From an uncultured Candidatus Saccharibacteria bacterium (lineage in GTDB: Bacteria; Patescibacteriota; Saccharimonadia; Saccharimonadales; UBA10212), in NCBI GenBank assembly GCA_965231085.1, contig OZ246413.1, positions 539,234 to 603,233 on the forward strand: DNA of 64,000 nt, in the 5' to 3' direction. A program made the position numbers and the translations under genes. A model generated the notes under the pieces. It saw only the letters and a list, made by a program, of their open reading frames with translations, was not told the DNA's origin and searched no databases. Position 1 is the first letter of the stretch. Each line of letters starts with the position of its first letter. Below are positions 25,330-34,228 of the stretch, in pieces.

Positions 25330-25544
25330 ATAGGTGAGCTATATGCGCTATCAAATGCTGCGAGCCCAAAACCTTGCCTTTGGTTAAATTCGCTTATCGC
25401 ACCTAGAGCCGCAACAAGTCTTTCTGCCCGCTCTTTTATGTTTACATAAGTTCCTTCCACAGCGTAAGTAACCTCGTAGGGTTGAGGTTCTGAGAAATCG
25501 ATACCAAGTTGGCCTTCTATATGTGCTGGTTTTCGTCGTGGCAT
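25293..25544 (-). CDS. Hypothetical protein (83 aa), possibly the 5' part of a frameshifted gene
   Basis: Starts 44 nt after the ruvA stop. The reading frame passes through the G7 run, and one extra G would join it to 25006-25329. Confidence 0.45.
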   Translation of the reverse strand: MPRRKPAHIEGQLGIDFSEPQPYEVTYAVEGTYVNIKERAERLVAALGAISEFNQRQGFGLAAFDSAYSSPIWGGIRKKPKQC

Positions 25545-25587
25545 AATGCGTATATTTTACAATAAAACCTATTTATTAACAAGGTTA

Positions 25588-26160
25588 TTAACCCTTTAGC
25601 GCGGCTTTAATTCGGTCCTCGGTTGGGAGCTTGTTATCTACGTTTTTCAAGGCTTCGGCTGCATCTTGGACGGAATAACCAAGCGCGACCAGAGCCTGCA
25701 TAGCCTCATCATTTGGATCGGCCGAGGTTGTCAGGAAATCCATGGCATCGTCCGATGAAACAAGCCCAACTTTATCCTTCAAATCTACTACAACTCTTTC
25801 TGCGACTCTCTTGCCTACCCCGTTGGCTTGAGAGATAAACTTAGTGTCACCGCCAGCGATAGCTTGTTTAACCTGGTTCATATTGGCAATAGATAAAATC
25901 GCAAGGGCCATTTTAGGTCCTACCCCGTTAACCGAAAGTAATAGCTCGAACATTCTTTTAGTCTCGATGTTTTTAAAGCCAAATAAATCATGAGAGTTCT
26001 CGCGAATATGTTCGTATACGTAGAGCTTTGTCTCAGTTCCTATTTCAAGAGCACCGAAGTCTTCAAAAGTAACCAGCAGACCGTAGCCAACGCCATTGCA
26101 GCTAAGCACCACAACGTCACCAATTTTCTCTGTTATTTTTCCGCTTAGTGTGGCAATCAT
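25588..26160 (-). CDS. ruvA: Holliday junction DNA-binding protein RuvA
   Basis: MIATLSGKI...VVLSCNGVGYGL and two HhH motifs (VNGVGPKMA, ANGVGKRVAERV). Confidence 0.9.
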   Translation of the reverse strand: MIATLSGKITEKIGDVVVLSCNGVGYGLLVTFEDFGALEIGTETKLYVYEHIRENSHDLFGFKNIETKRMFELLLSVNGVGPKMALAILSIANMNQVKQAIAGGDTKFISQANGVGKRVAERVVVDLKDKVGLVSSDDAMDFLTTSADPNDEAMQALVALGYSVQDAAEALKNVDNKLPTEDRIKAALKG

Positions 26161-26167
26161 GGTCTGA

Positions 26168-26638
26168 TTATCTCATAGATTGAGCGTGGGTAATCGCAAC
26201 GGCCAATGCATCGGCGCAGTCATCGGGTTGGGGCACATCTTTTAGACCTAAAATCACTCTTACCATTTCCTGAATTTGTTTTTTATCAGCCCGCCCATAC
26301 CCTGTTAAGGCCTGTTTAATCTGCAGCGGAGTGTACTCTCCAATTTTGAGCTGTGATTGCATGCCGCAGAGTAGCACGACTCCTCGGGCCTGAGCTACGG
26401 TCATGGCTGTGGTTACGTTTTGGGCAAAAAATAATTTTTCAACTGCCATCTCCTCTGGTTTAGTTTCAGCAATAATATCGCTTAGCTCATCGAAGATTGT
26501 GCTAAGTCGCACCGCATCGTCTTCTTTAACCGGGGTTCTAATTACACCAGCGTCAACCAGCTGGAATTTGCCTTTGTTGGCCTCGATAATCCCAAAACCA
26601 AGTATCCCGGTACCCGGATCAATCCCGATAATTCTCAC
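26168..26638 (-). CDS. ruvC: Holliday junction resolvase RuvC
   Basis: MRIIGIDPGT, EKLFFAQN, DAADALA-like DCADALAVAITH. Confidence 0.9.
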   Translation of the reverse strand: MRIIGIDPGTGILGFGIIEANKGKFQLVDAGVIRTPVKEDDAVRLSTIFDELSDIIAETKPEEMAVEKLFFAQNVTTAMTVAQARGVVLLCGMQSQLKIGEYTPLQIKQALTGYGRADKKQIQEMVRVILGLKDVPQPDDCADALAVAITHAQSMR

Positions 26639-27366
26639 TACAAGACTCCGTCGGCAATATCAAAGTTGGTGTAGGTGTTAGTTACGTCGTCTTGGTCATC
26701 AAGGGCCTCCATCAGGTTCATGACCTTACGGACTGTTTCTTTATCTTGAATTTCTACAGTTGTATTTGGCTCATAGCCAAGTTGGGCGTCTACTACTTCT
26801 AACCCTGCTAACTTTAGATTCTCTCGGACCTTGGCCAGTTCGCTTGGGGCTGTATAGACAACGGTTTCATGGTTATCGATATCGACCGAAATGTCTTCAG
26901 CGCCAGCTTCGATTACTGCCAACTCAACATCGTCGCCAGTGCCCCTAACTCTTATTACCCCTTTACGTGTAAATTGGAAAGCTACACTGCCTGGTTCGGC
27001 CATATTGCCACCGTTTTTACTAAAGGCTAGTCTTACCTCAGGGTAGGTACGGTTTTTATTATCTGTAGCTACCTCTATTAGGATTGCCACTCCGCCTGGG
27101 CCATAACCCTCATACATAATTTCTTCAACTTGGGCCGCCGATTTATCGGCTGCTCGCTGAATAGAGCGCTCAATATTAGCCATTGGCATGTTGGCAGCTT
27201 TGGCCTTTTCTATCACCATGGCAAGTGCTGAGTTGGTTTTAGGATCTGTACCACCTCTCGCAGCAACAGCTAGCTGGTTGCCTAGCTTAGTAAAGACAGC
27301 ACCACGCTTAGCGTCGGCTATGCCTTTTTGGCGTTTTATTGTTGACCACTTTGAATGACCACTCAT
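26638..27366 (-). CDS. yebC: YebC/PmpR-family transcriptional regulator
   Basis: MSGHSKWSTIKRQKG...KRGAVFTKL is the canonical N-terminus. Confidence 0.9.
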   Translation of the reverse strand: MSGHSKWSTIKRQKGIADAKRGAVFTKLGNQLAVAARGGTDPKTNSALAMVIEKAKAANMPMANIERSIQRAADKSAAQVEEIMYEGYGPGGVAILIEVATDNKNRTYPEVRLAFSKNGGNMAEPGSVAFQFTRKGVIRVRGTGDDVELAVIEAGAEDISVDIDNHETVVYTAPSELAKVRENLKLAGLEVVDAQLGYEPNTTVEIQDKETVRKVMNLMEALDDQDDVTNTYTNFDIADGVL

Positions 27367-27435
27367 AGGTGTTATTTTATCACTCGCAAGGTGTTAAGCC
27401 AATATTCGCCAAATTTGGGTGATAGTTACAGGGTA

Positions 27436-27464
27436 TTGACATTTTAAACCCCTTATGGTAATAT
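27436..27464 (+). promoter_or_regulatory. Near-consensus sigma70-type promoter driving the islet-2 gene
   Basis: TTGACA (27436-27441), a 17-nt spacer, then TGgTAATAT (extended -10, 27456-27464). Confidence 0.65.
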
Positions 27465-27482
27465 ATGCACCATCTCGATTCG

Positions 27483-27516
27483 GTGAGGTAAAGCTCCCGA
27501 CTCGGGAGCACCTCAC
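27483..27516 (+). promoter_or_regulatory. Strong 5' UTR stem-loop
   Basis: GTGAGGT-aaa-GCTCCCG-act-CGGGAGC-ACCTCAC, nested perfect stems. AGGGAGAC SD follows before ATG 27546. Confidence 0.5.
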
Positions 27517-27545
27517 ATCTTCCGTCCGCTACCCGAAAGGGAGAC

Positions 27546-28115
27546 ATGAAGGCATTCAGCAAGAAGGCCCTGGGCTACACCGTCCTGGCCCTCAGCGTCG
27601 CGTTCCTCGTCGCGATGAACAGCCTCGTCCACGCGCACGTCGTCAAGGCGGCGACGCCGACGACCTGGGCACCGATCACCATCAGCGCCTTCGAGGCGCA
27701 GTGCGTGATGCCCAACAGCTCGACCATCATCGACTTCAACATCTACAACTCGGGGGACAAGACCATGACCGTGGTCGGCATCCCCTGGGGCGTCGCGACC
27801 ATCGGCGAGTCGGCCCAGAGCTACAAGGGGCCGAGCACGCTGGTGAACTCCACCGCATCGGGCCTGATCAAGACCGCCAAGGTGCCGGCATGGCACTGGG
27901 TGGTCAAGGTCCCGGCCAAGAAGTGGACGACGGTCAGCCTGGACGTGCTGAACACCGGCGCGTACTACACGCCGTCGCCAGACTGGGACCCGACCTGGGG
28001 ACCCAAGCCCATCTCGCGGTTCTACACCGGCGCCACGTTCTACGTCCGCAACACGACGCAGACCATCGACGTGTCGAGCCACCCCGCCCACTGCAAGCAG
28101 CTCGGCGGGAAATAG
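27546..28115 (+). CDS. High-GC secreted hypothetical protein (189 aa)
   Basis: Signal peptide MKAFSKKALGYTVLALSVAFLVAMNSLVHAHVVKA. Mature part is beta-rich with two Cys. 41/60 G+C at 27601-27660 versus 23/60 at 27361-27420. Confidence 0.75.
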   Translation: MKAFSKKALGYTVLALSVAFLVAMNSLVHAHVVKAATPTTWAPITISAFEAQCVMPNSSTIIDFNIYNSGDKTMTVVGIPWGVATIGESAQSYKGPSTLVNSTASGLIKTAKVPAWHWVVKVPAKKWTTVSLDVLNTGAYYTPSPDWDPTWGPKPISRFYTGATFYVRNTTQTIDVSSHPAHCKQLGGK

Positions 28116-28138
28116 GGGAAGAAGATGTTCGAGGTTCT

Positions 28139-28170
28139 GGGGGCGGCCGCGAGGCCGCCCCTTTCCTTTT
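28139..28170 (+). terminator. Rho-independent terminator of the islet-2 gene
   Basis: GGGGCGGCC-gcga-GGCCGCCCC (perfect 9 bp) followed by tttcctttt. Confidence 0.8.
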
Positions 28171-29581
28171 ATAAAATTAACTGGTGTCTATAATTAACTC
28201 TTCGCCGTAGGCCTAACGCCATTAGACCGATAAAGCCATACAACAACACCATACCCAACCAACTGATACCTAGTCTTCTATTAGCAAATGGTAAGCTAGC
28301 CAAAATATGTACTGTATCTAGCATATAAAGAAGTAGCTCTTTGGCAGGGTATGGTAACCAGCCAGCGATTGTTGGCAGCCATGCCCCAGCAGCCATCGCA
28401 ACAGAACTAAGCAACATAGCCAGCGGCACAAGTGGGACTATCAGAAGATTGGCGATTAAGGCGACGACCGATAATTGGCCGAAGGTGGCCATTATCAGAG
28501 GTAAGGTCATTAGCTGGGCACACAGGGATTCGATTAATACTAGACCTACTAGCTTTGGGGTATGAACAAAAAATCGCCCAACTATTAGTGGCGAAATTAT
28601 TAATATGCCAAAGAATGCTAAGAATGATAAATACCAACCAATGTCGCTCCAAACATAGAACGGGTTGATTAAGCCTGTTAAGGCAGCCGTAAAACTAAGC
28701 AGTAATATTGGCCGAATCTTGCGGCCATAGTACCAGGCCCAGAGACTCAAAATTGACACAATAGCAGCTCTTACGATTGACGCACTAAAACCAGTTATTA
28801 ACACAAAGGCTAAAATTAGACCCAGCGATAGCATTAGCTTTTGATACTTTGAACCGAGCCTTAGTCGAGAAGCAGCCCGAACTAAAATAGTAAGATTATA
28901 GCCACTAACAGCAACAATGTGCACCAGCCCAACTAGTGTAAGCCCAGCCAAGATGTCTTGAGGCAAAGTGCTTCTTTGCCCAATCAGTAATCCTAGGCCA
29001 AAGGAGGCCATTGGTTCGGGCAGAGCAGTTTGCATACCGGCAGAGAATTTGCGAGTTAGTTTGTTGATTAGGCTGGTGTCTTGGCCAATAGCGGTAATTC
29101 TGGAATACGACATACCGGCCTGGTTTGAGCCTCGGGTTAGGTAGAGTTTGCCCGTGGCTTCGAATTTATCTCCACGGTAGACCATTGTTGGGCCAAAACC
29201 ACTAATTTTAAATGATCCGCTCAATGGCATGCCACTGCCAATAAGTTTGGTCCCAGAGGCCGTAAATTCAAGCTGCTGGCTCGATGAATAGACAGCATCT
29301 GTTTTAGCCACAGCTGAAATCGTTATTGTTTTACCCGACAGAGCTGCTAGCTCCAACAAATTATGCATATATACACTTCCCTGGCCTAGACCAATAACAA
29401 GACCGAGCAAAACTACGATGATTAGACTCGTTAGGTTCTTCTTTTTTAGCAAGAGAAGACATGGCAATAAAACTAACCAGCTATCAGTAATACTTAACTG
29501 AAAAACTCTAGCAAGACCAAGACCGGCTAGTGACGCGAGGCAACCGGCTGTGATTATTGTGGTTCTTCTGAGTCGTCGCAC
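28169..29581 (-). CDS. comEC: ComEC/Rec2-family DNA internalisation channel (no C-terminal beta-lactamase domain)
   Basis: Polytopic. LLIGQRSTLPQDILAGLTLVGLVHIVAVSGYNLTIL matches the competence-domain core. Confidence 0.75.
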   Translation of the reverse strand: MRRLRRTTIITAGCLASLAGLGLARVFQLSITDSWLVLLPCLLLLKKKNLTSLIIVVLLGLVIGLGQGSVYMHNLLELAALSGKTITISAVAKTDAVYSSSQQLEFTASGTKLIGSGMPLSGSFKISGFGPTMVYRGDKFEATGKLYLTRGSNQAGMSYSRITAIGQDTSLINKLTRKFSAGMQTALPEPMASFGLGLLIGQRSTLPQDILAGLTLVGLVHIVAVSGYNLTILVRAASRLRLGSKYQKLMLSLGLILAFVLITGFSASIVRAAIVSILSLWAWYYGRKIRPILLLSFTAALTGLINPFYVWSDIGWYLSFLAFFGILIISPLIVGRFFVHTPKLVGLVLIESLCAQLMTLPLIMATFGQLSVVALIANLLIVPLVPLAMLLSSVAMAAGAWLPTIAGWLPYPAKELLLYMLDTVHILASLPFANRRLGISWLGMVLLYGFIGLMALGLRRRVNYRHQLIL

Positions 29582-29652
29582 AATGATTTAATTCTGCCAT
29601 GACGAAGCTAGGAAATTAATTGCTTATGATTTTAACGAGAGGCACTAGAAGG

Positions 29653-29682
29653 TTGACTTTTTTACAAATTAACAGATAATAT
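29653..29682 (+). promoter_or_regulatory. Promoter for the tRNA-Lys transcript
   Basis: TTGACT (29653-29658), an 18-nt spacer, then TAATAT (29677-29682), followed by aacctgtt, which resembles the acccctgtt of the His/Met promoters. Confidence 0.55.
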
Positions 29683-29714
29683 AACCTGTTAATTTAGTTA
29701 TTAACAATCCATTT

Positions 29715-29814
29715 GCTCTGGTTTTCTAAATAGGAAAAAGAGCAGCCCAGCTTGCCGCTTTAGCGGGCGGCTTTGCCGACTGGGCGATGAGAAAAAACCT
29801 TGGTTTTGTCTCAT
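29715..29814 (+). other. Structured about 125-nt leader of tRNA-Lys (three hairpins)
   Basis: GCTCT...AGAGC (29715-29743). GCCCAG...CTGGGC (29745-29785) with inner GCCGC-ttta-GCGGG. Long hairpin ATGAGAaAAAACC-tt-GGTTTTgTCTCAT (29787-29814) ends 3 nt before the tRNA. Confidence 0.4.
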
Positions 29815-29817
29815 TGT

Positions 29818-29893
29818 GGGCCCATAGCTCAGTTGGTAGAGCAGAGGCCTTTTAAGCCTCGTGTCCCGGGTTCAAGTCCCGGTGGGCCCTCCA
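29818..29893 (+). tRNA. tRNA-Lys (TTT), CCA encoded
   Basis: GGGCCCA-TA-GCTC..GAGC-A-GAGGC-CTTTTAA-GCCTC-GTGTC-CCGGG-TTCAAGT-CCCGG-TGGGCCC-T-CCA. Confidence 0.9.
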
Positions 29894-29995
29894 GAAACTT
29901 AGTCCAGTAACTGCTGGGCTTTTTTAGTGGCCAATAAATTGACAGATAATCGCCTGCTCAATACACTTAAGCTTAATTAATCAAAAGAGGTTTTT

Positions 29996-30913
29996 ATGTC
30001 TCCAGATTCCACTCAGCCGCTGCAAACATTTAGTAACGATCCCCTGCCTGTACATGCTCCAGAGGCTGAAGAAAAAACAATGTATACGCCCCCTGCTAAA
30101 CCCACCGCTCATTCCGAGACAGAATATAAGTCTAACCCTTTCCTTGTTAGCATCAAGGGCCTCGTTACTATTTTACGCAACCCCGTACCAACCCTGATGA
30201 GTAGTTTGGTAGCCGTAATTGGATTTGTTGCATTTATCTCTTTGTACGTTTACACACTGGCTGCAAATTTGGCTGGCACCGATACTTTTTCAACAACCAT
30301 ATATATAACAATTGCTATCGTAGCCGTACTGTGCCTGCTAGTATCAACCGCAATGAATTATGCCGTTGCCGCAGCCTCTATAGATGGTCGTAGCATAGGA
30401 ACTAAGGAGGTCTTAAGAAGAGCTATGGCAAAATTATTGCCTTATCTAGTGCTACTGATATTGTTTGCTGCTGTCGTAATTATTGGTGGGATTTTACTGA
30501 TTATCCCCGGGATCTTTTTGCTCGGTCGCCTGGGGCTATCGCCAATAATCATGTTCCACGAAAATGTAGGCCCAATAAAATCTTTGCGTAGAAGTTTCTC
30601 TATGACCAAGGGTCACGCCATCGAAGTTTTTGCAGCACAAATAGTCGGGGCTATGTTAGCCGGCTATGGACTACTCATGGGAGCATGCTCGGCCTCACCG
30701 GCTACCGGTTGGTATGTCCAGCTTAAAAATCCACCTATTGAAAAGCGCAGGATACACTGGCTTAACTACCTGATCGCCCTGTTGGTGATTGCCTATTTTG
30801 GCGTAATAATTTACGGAGCTATAGTTAACCGAAACACTAGCTACGTGACGTCAACTCCAACAAGCAACAGCACTACACTGGACCTAAATAACACAAACTA
30901 CCTGAGTAATTAA
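29996..30913 (+). CDS. Hypothetical polytopic membrane protein
   Basis: 305-aa ORF with about 6 TM segments. AAGAGG SD before ATG. Confidence 0.6.
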   Translation: MSPDSTQPLQTFSNDPLPVHAPEAEEKTMYTPPAKPTAHSETEYKSNPFLVSIKGLVTILRNPVPTLMSSLVAVIGFVAFISLYVYTLAANLAGTDTFSTTIYITIAIVAVLCLLVSTAMNYAVAAASIDGRSIGTKEVLRRAMAKLLPYLVLLILFAAVVIIGGILLIIPGIFLLGRLGLSPIIMFHENVGPIKSLRRSFSMTKGHAIEVFAAQIVGAMLAGYGLLMGACSASPATGWYVQLKNPPIEKRRIHWLNYLIALLVIAYFGVIIYGAIVNRNTSYVTSTPTSNSTTLDLNNTNYLSN

Positions 30914-30932
30914 ACCTTCTTAGTTTCAAAAA

Positions 30933-31409
30933 CTAGCGGTGTTTTGACTTCCCGTGCTTGATGCTACCAAGCCAAACCAAAATGATACTAAATAACGAAC
31001 CGCTACCAATAATTAAAGCCTGGGCTTTTAGTATATTTGGCCACATTTTGGAGCTAGTAATATCAAACTGACCAGCTGAAGCCAGTAATGGACCGATTGT
31101 TAGAGCTAGCAAGCCACCGGCTAGGAGCGCCGTAATAAGTTGCATTAAAAAGGTAGCATCCTTGCCAGCAGATTTGTGTGTCAAAACAAGAGTGACAACA
31201 AAAGGCACAAAAACCAGGGCAATACCAAGAGTTTCGCTACTAACGGATAGGCTTGTTTGACTCAGTAGTTGCTTGAGATCGCCTATAACTGACGTGCTTA
31301 ATACGAAGCCAAGACACAAGACCAAGAAGCCAAGGGCCGCATTAGACTTTAGAAAAAAAGTTATGGCAAACGGTAGTAAAACCAATACTGCTAATGCTAA
31401 GTCTGGCAT
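30933..31409 (-). CDS. Hypothetical membrane protein
   Basis: 158-aa ORF, 4-5 TM segments. Confidence 0.55.
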   Translation of the reverse strand: MPDLALAVLVLLPFAITFFLKSNAALGFLVLCLGFVLSTSVIGDLKQLLSQTSLSVSSETLGIALVFVPFVVTLVLTHKSAGKDATFLMQLITALLAGGLLALTIGPLLASAGQFDITSSKMWPNILKAQALIIGSGSLFSIILVWLGSIKHGKSKHR

Positions 31410-31478
31410 GCCCCTATTCTACTCCAGTTTTATTAGAGAGAAAAATTTTGAATCTTGGACGAACGAGATAGAAGGAGC

Positions 31479-32393
31479 TTAGGCTCCTACTCTATCCTTG
31501 CGCTGCCGGGCCTTGGCATTTTGCTCTATGTACTCAAGCATTTTTTCGGCGACGTTGCGACCTGTGACCTTCTCGATACCAAAGCCAGGACTAGAATTTA
31601 CCTCTAGCACCAGAGGTCCTCGTTTTGAACGCATCATATCTACACCACAAATAGATAAGCCCATTGCTTTGGCAGCTTTAATTGCCACACGTTTTTCTTC
31701 GTCAGTGAGTTTAACAGAAGTACCTTCCCCGCCTTGGTGTAGGTTGGAACGAAACTCATCAGTATTTAGATTTTGTCTTTTCATACTAGCAACAACCTTA
31801 CCGCCAACAACTATGGCTCGAATGTCAGTTCCGGCTGATTCCTCGATATACTCTTGTAGCAAGATGTTGGTTCCGTCATCATCATTAAGTGAAAAAGCCT
31901 GCAATACTGATCTGGCAGCTTTACGCGTTTCGGCTAATACAACACCACGGCCATGAGTTCCGCTAGCAAGCTTGATTATCACTGGTGGCCCACCAACTTC
32001 CTCTACCAAAGTGTCTGAGTCGGCAATACCACGAGAAAACACTGTTTTTGGGATACCAATACCGGCCCTAGCCAGTAGTTGAGTAGCTCGAAGTTTATCG
32101 CGAGAGCGAACAATGGCTATAGAACTAGCTGTGGTAAATACTCCTTGCATCTCAAATTGGCGAACAATGGCTGTACCGTAGCGAGTATAGCTTGAAGCAA
32201 TCCGAGGGATAATAGCGTCGAAGCCTTTTAGCTCTTCGCCGTTATATATAACAACCGGGTTATTCTTCTCGATTCTGGCTTCACATTGAATATAGTTAAT
32301 AACCTCAACTTCGTGACCGCGCTTGATTGCTTCTTTTTTAAGCCGTCTGGTTGAGTAATTACCCGGACCTTTTGATAGGATTGCTATTCTCAT
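31479..32393 (-). CDS. rimK: RimK-family ATP-grasp alpha-L-glutamate ligase
   Basis: MRIAILS...STRRL, VIIKLASGTHGRGVVL, EFRSNLHQGG, LEVNSSPG are canonical RimK motifs. Confidence 0.85.
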   Translation of the reverse strand: MRIAILSKGPGNYSTRRLKKEAIKRGHEVEVINYIQCEARIEKNNPVVIYNGEELKGFDAIIPRIASSYTRYGTAIVRQFEMQGVFTTASSIAIVRSRDKLRATQLLARAGIGIPKTVFSRGIADSDTLVEEVGGPPVIIKLASGTHGRGVVLAETRKAARSVLQAFSLNDDDGTNILLQEYIEESAGTDIRAIVVGGKVVASMKRQNLNTDEFRSNLHQGGEGTSVKLTDEEKRVAIKAAKAMGLSICGVDMMRSKRGPLVLEVNSSPGFGIEKVTGRNVAEKMLEYIEQNAKARQRKDRVGA

Positions 32394-32899
32394 TCTTCTG
32401 CCTCTTCCTCATCTTTAGGGAACGATACCCCATATTGTTTCTTAAGCTCAACCCTGTCGACACTTGTTTCGAAAGTATCAACTAAAAATCGACCATTTAA
32501 CATTTTTCTACCGATTAATATTGGGTAAATCTTTTTGCTTCTATCGGCCAGGGTGTAACTGGCCAAAAAAACTTTTGGTCCAAGTTTTGTTCTAAGTTTG
32601 ACCTCGTACCTATGCTCTTTATGGCCAAAAGAATTAGCAATTTCTACCTTTTTAAATTTATCAGTGCTAACTTTAACACTTATGCCACCAAACATAGGGT
32701 GCCCACCAAATAATTCAAAGGTTAGTGTGTTTGTTGCAGAATTTAAGTGAATATTCGAGGCATGAATTGCAGACCGATACGCACCGGTATCAGTCTTAGC
32801 GGGGATGTTCTTAACGTCCAGATCAACTAGGCTAAGCTCTTCAGCCCGACCAATGATGACCTTATGAAAATCGCTTCGCTTTTTCATTGCTGCCTCCAA
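32390..32899 (-). CDS. Retropepsin-like aspartic protease (DUF785 / RimB-like, 'ATP-dependent zinc protease' family)
   Basis: IPAKTDTGAYRSAIH contains the D-T-G aspartic signature. 4-nt overlap with rimK. Confidence 0.65.
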   Translation of the reverse strand: MEAAMKKRSDFHKVIIGRAEELSLVDLDVKNIPAKTDTGAYRSAIHASNIHLNSATNTLTFELFGGHPMFGGISVKVSTDKFKKVEIANSFGHKEHRYEVKLRTKLGPKVFLASYTLADRSKKIYPILIGRKMLNGRFLVDTFETSVDRVELKKQYGVSFPKDEEEAEE

Positions 32900-32989
32900 T
32901 ATAATCTTAATATACTAATAATGGTAATGTTTCTTTTAACGATCTTTTTGAACTGGATAATTATAGAATAAAGAGTATAATAAGTCAAT

Positions 32990-34228
32990 ATGTATAAGTT
33001 CTTAATCGTTGGTAAAAACTTTTCAGGCCTCAAGGACAAGATCCTCGAAAGAGGAGATGATTATATTTTGCTGCAAGATGTACTGGCTACCAAATTCCCA
33101 GATAAAAAAATGAAGCGACGGATAGTGGCTGACTTTAGCACTAAAGAAAGTCTGCTCGAGTCCGTTAAGCCGCTCAAAAACAAAATTGACGGTGTTATTA
33201 CCAGCTATGAAAATTATGTGCTCCCTACCGCATGGGTGGCCGAGTACCTTGAACTCCCCGGGATGCCTATTGAGTCTGCCGAAGCATGCACCGATAAATA
33301 CCTAATGCGTCAGCTTTTTTCTAAGGCTCCAAGAAAAATTAGCCCCGATTTTGCTGTCGTAAAATCACGTCAGGAGTTGGAAGATTTTGCTGCAAGTCAC
33401 AATTTTCCACTGATTCTCAAACCGGCTAATCTGCAAAAAAGTTTACTTGTTACTAAGGCTCATAATCATCAGGAGTTAATCAAAAATTACGAAAAAACTC
33501 TTAAAAACATAGGTGACACCTACACCAAGTACGCTCCTAGTCGCAAGCCAAAACTTATAATTGAAGAGTTTATGGAAGGACCAATTTTTTCTGTCGATGC
33601 TTACGTAGACGCCAGCGGACAACCTCACGTTTTGGATCAAGTTGTAGACTATCAAACTGGATACGATATTGGCTACGACGACAACTTCCATTACAGCCGC
33701 TTACTGCCAAGCCGCTTGAGCACCCATGACCAACAAGCTATTAGGGACACTGCTGCTCTTGGCTGCAAAACCTTAGGTATGAAAAGCTCCTCGGCCCACG
33801 TCGAGATTATTATGACCGCTGACGGGCCAAGAATTGTAGAAATTGGTGCACGTAATGGTGGATACCGTGAACGAATGCATAAATTGGCCAACGGCATTGA
33901 TATATATAATCTAGCCTTGGACAATTCCTTAGGGAAGCCGATAGATGTTAGAGCAACTAAAAATGAGCCTTGTGCTGTACTGGAACTTTTTCCAAAAGAA
34001 CCAGGTATTTTTGTAGGTATCGCCAACCAGGAAAAGCTTGAAGATCTAGACTCCCTAGCATACTTTGCCCTTAAACAACCACTCGGTAAATTTGTTGGCA
34101 AGTCTTCAGATGGCTACAAAATGTGCGCTATTATAATTTTGCATAACCAAAATCAGGATAGGTTTAGCCAAGATTTGGTTTTCGTTAACTCGGAAGTCTT
34201 TGTTAAAACAAAACCCCAAGCTATTTAG
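32990..34228 (+). CDS. ATP-grasp carboxylate-amine (L-amino-acid) ligase-like protein
   Basis: FPLILKPANLQKS, IIEEFMEG, VEIGARNGG fit the ATP-grasp_4/L-amino-acid ligase architecture. Confidence 0.7.
   Translation: MYKFLIVGKNFSGLKDKILERGDDYILLQDVLATKFPDKKMKRRIVADFSTKESLLESVKPLKNKIDGVITSYENYVLPTAWVAEYLELPGMPIESAEACTDKYLMRQLFSKAPRKISPDFAVVKSRQELEDFAASHNFPLILKPANLQKSLLVTKAHNHQELIKNYEKTLKNIGDTYTKYAPSRKPKLIIEEFMEGPIFSVDAYVDASGQPHVLDQVVDYQTGYDIGYDDNFHYSRLLPSRLSTHDQQAIRDTAALGCKTLGMKSSSAHVEIIMTADGPRIVEIGARNGGYRERMHKLANGIDIYNLALDNSLGKPIDVRATKNEPCAVLELFPKEPGIFVGIANQEKLEDLDSLAYFALKQPLGKFVGKSSDGYKMCAIIILHNQNQDRFSQDLVFVNSEVFVKTKPQAI

Noticed and set aside
27455-28174. Long overlapping ORFs on both strands within islet 2 (27455-28174 plus, 27513-28091 minus), and similar ones in islet 1 (9659-10111, 9859-10140, 10102-10419, 10113-10430) and islet 3 (58360-58587, 58367-58573, 58473-58868).
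   Set aside because: High GC suppresses stop codons in all frames. These ORFs give Arg/Gly/Pro-rich nonsense, lack an SD, and overlap better-supported ORFs that have a signal peptide or TM pattern and an SD.
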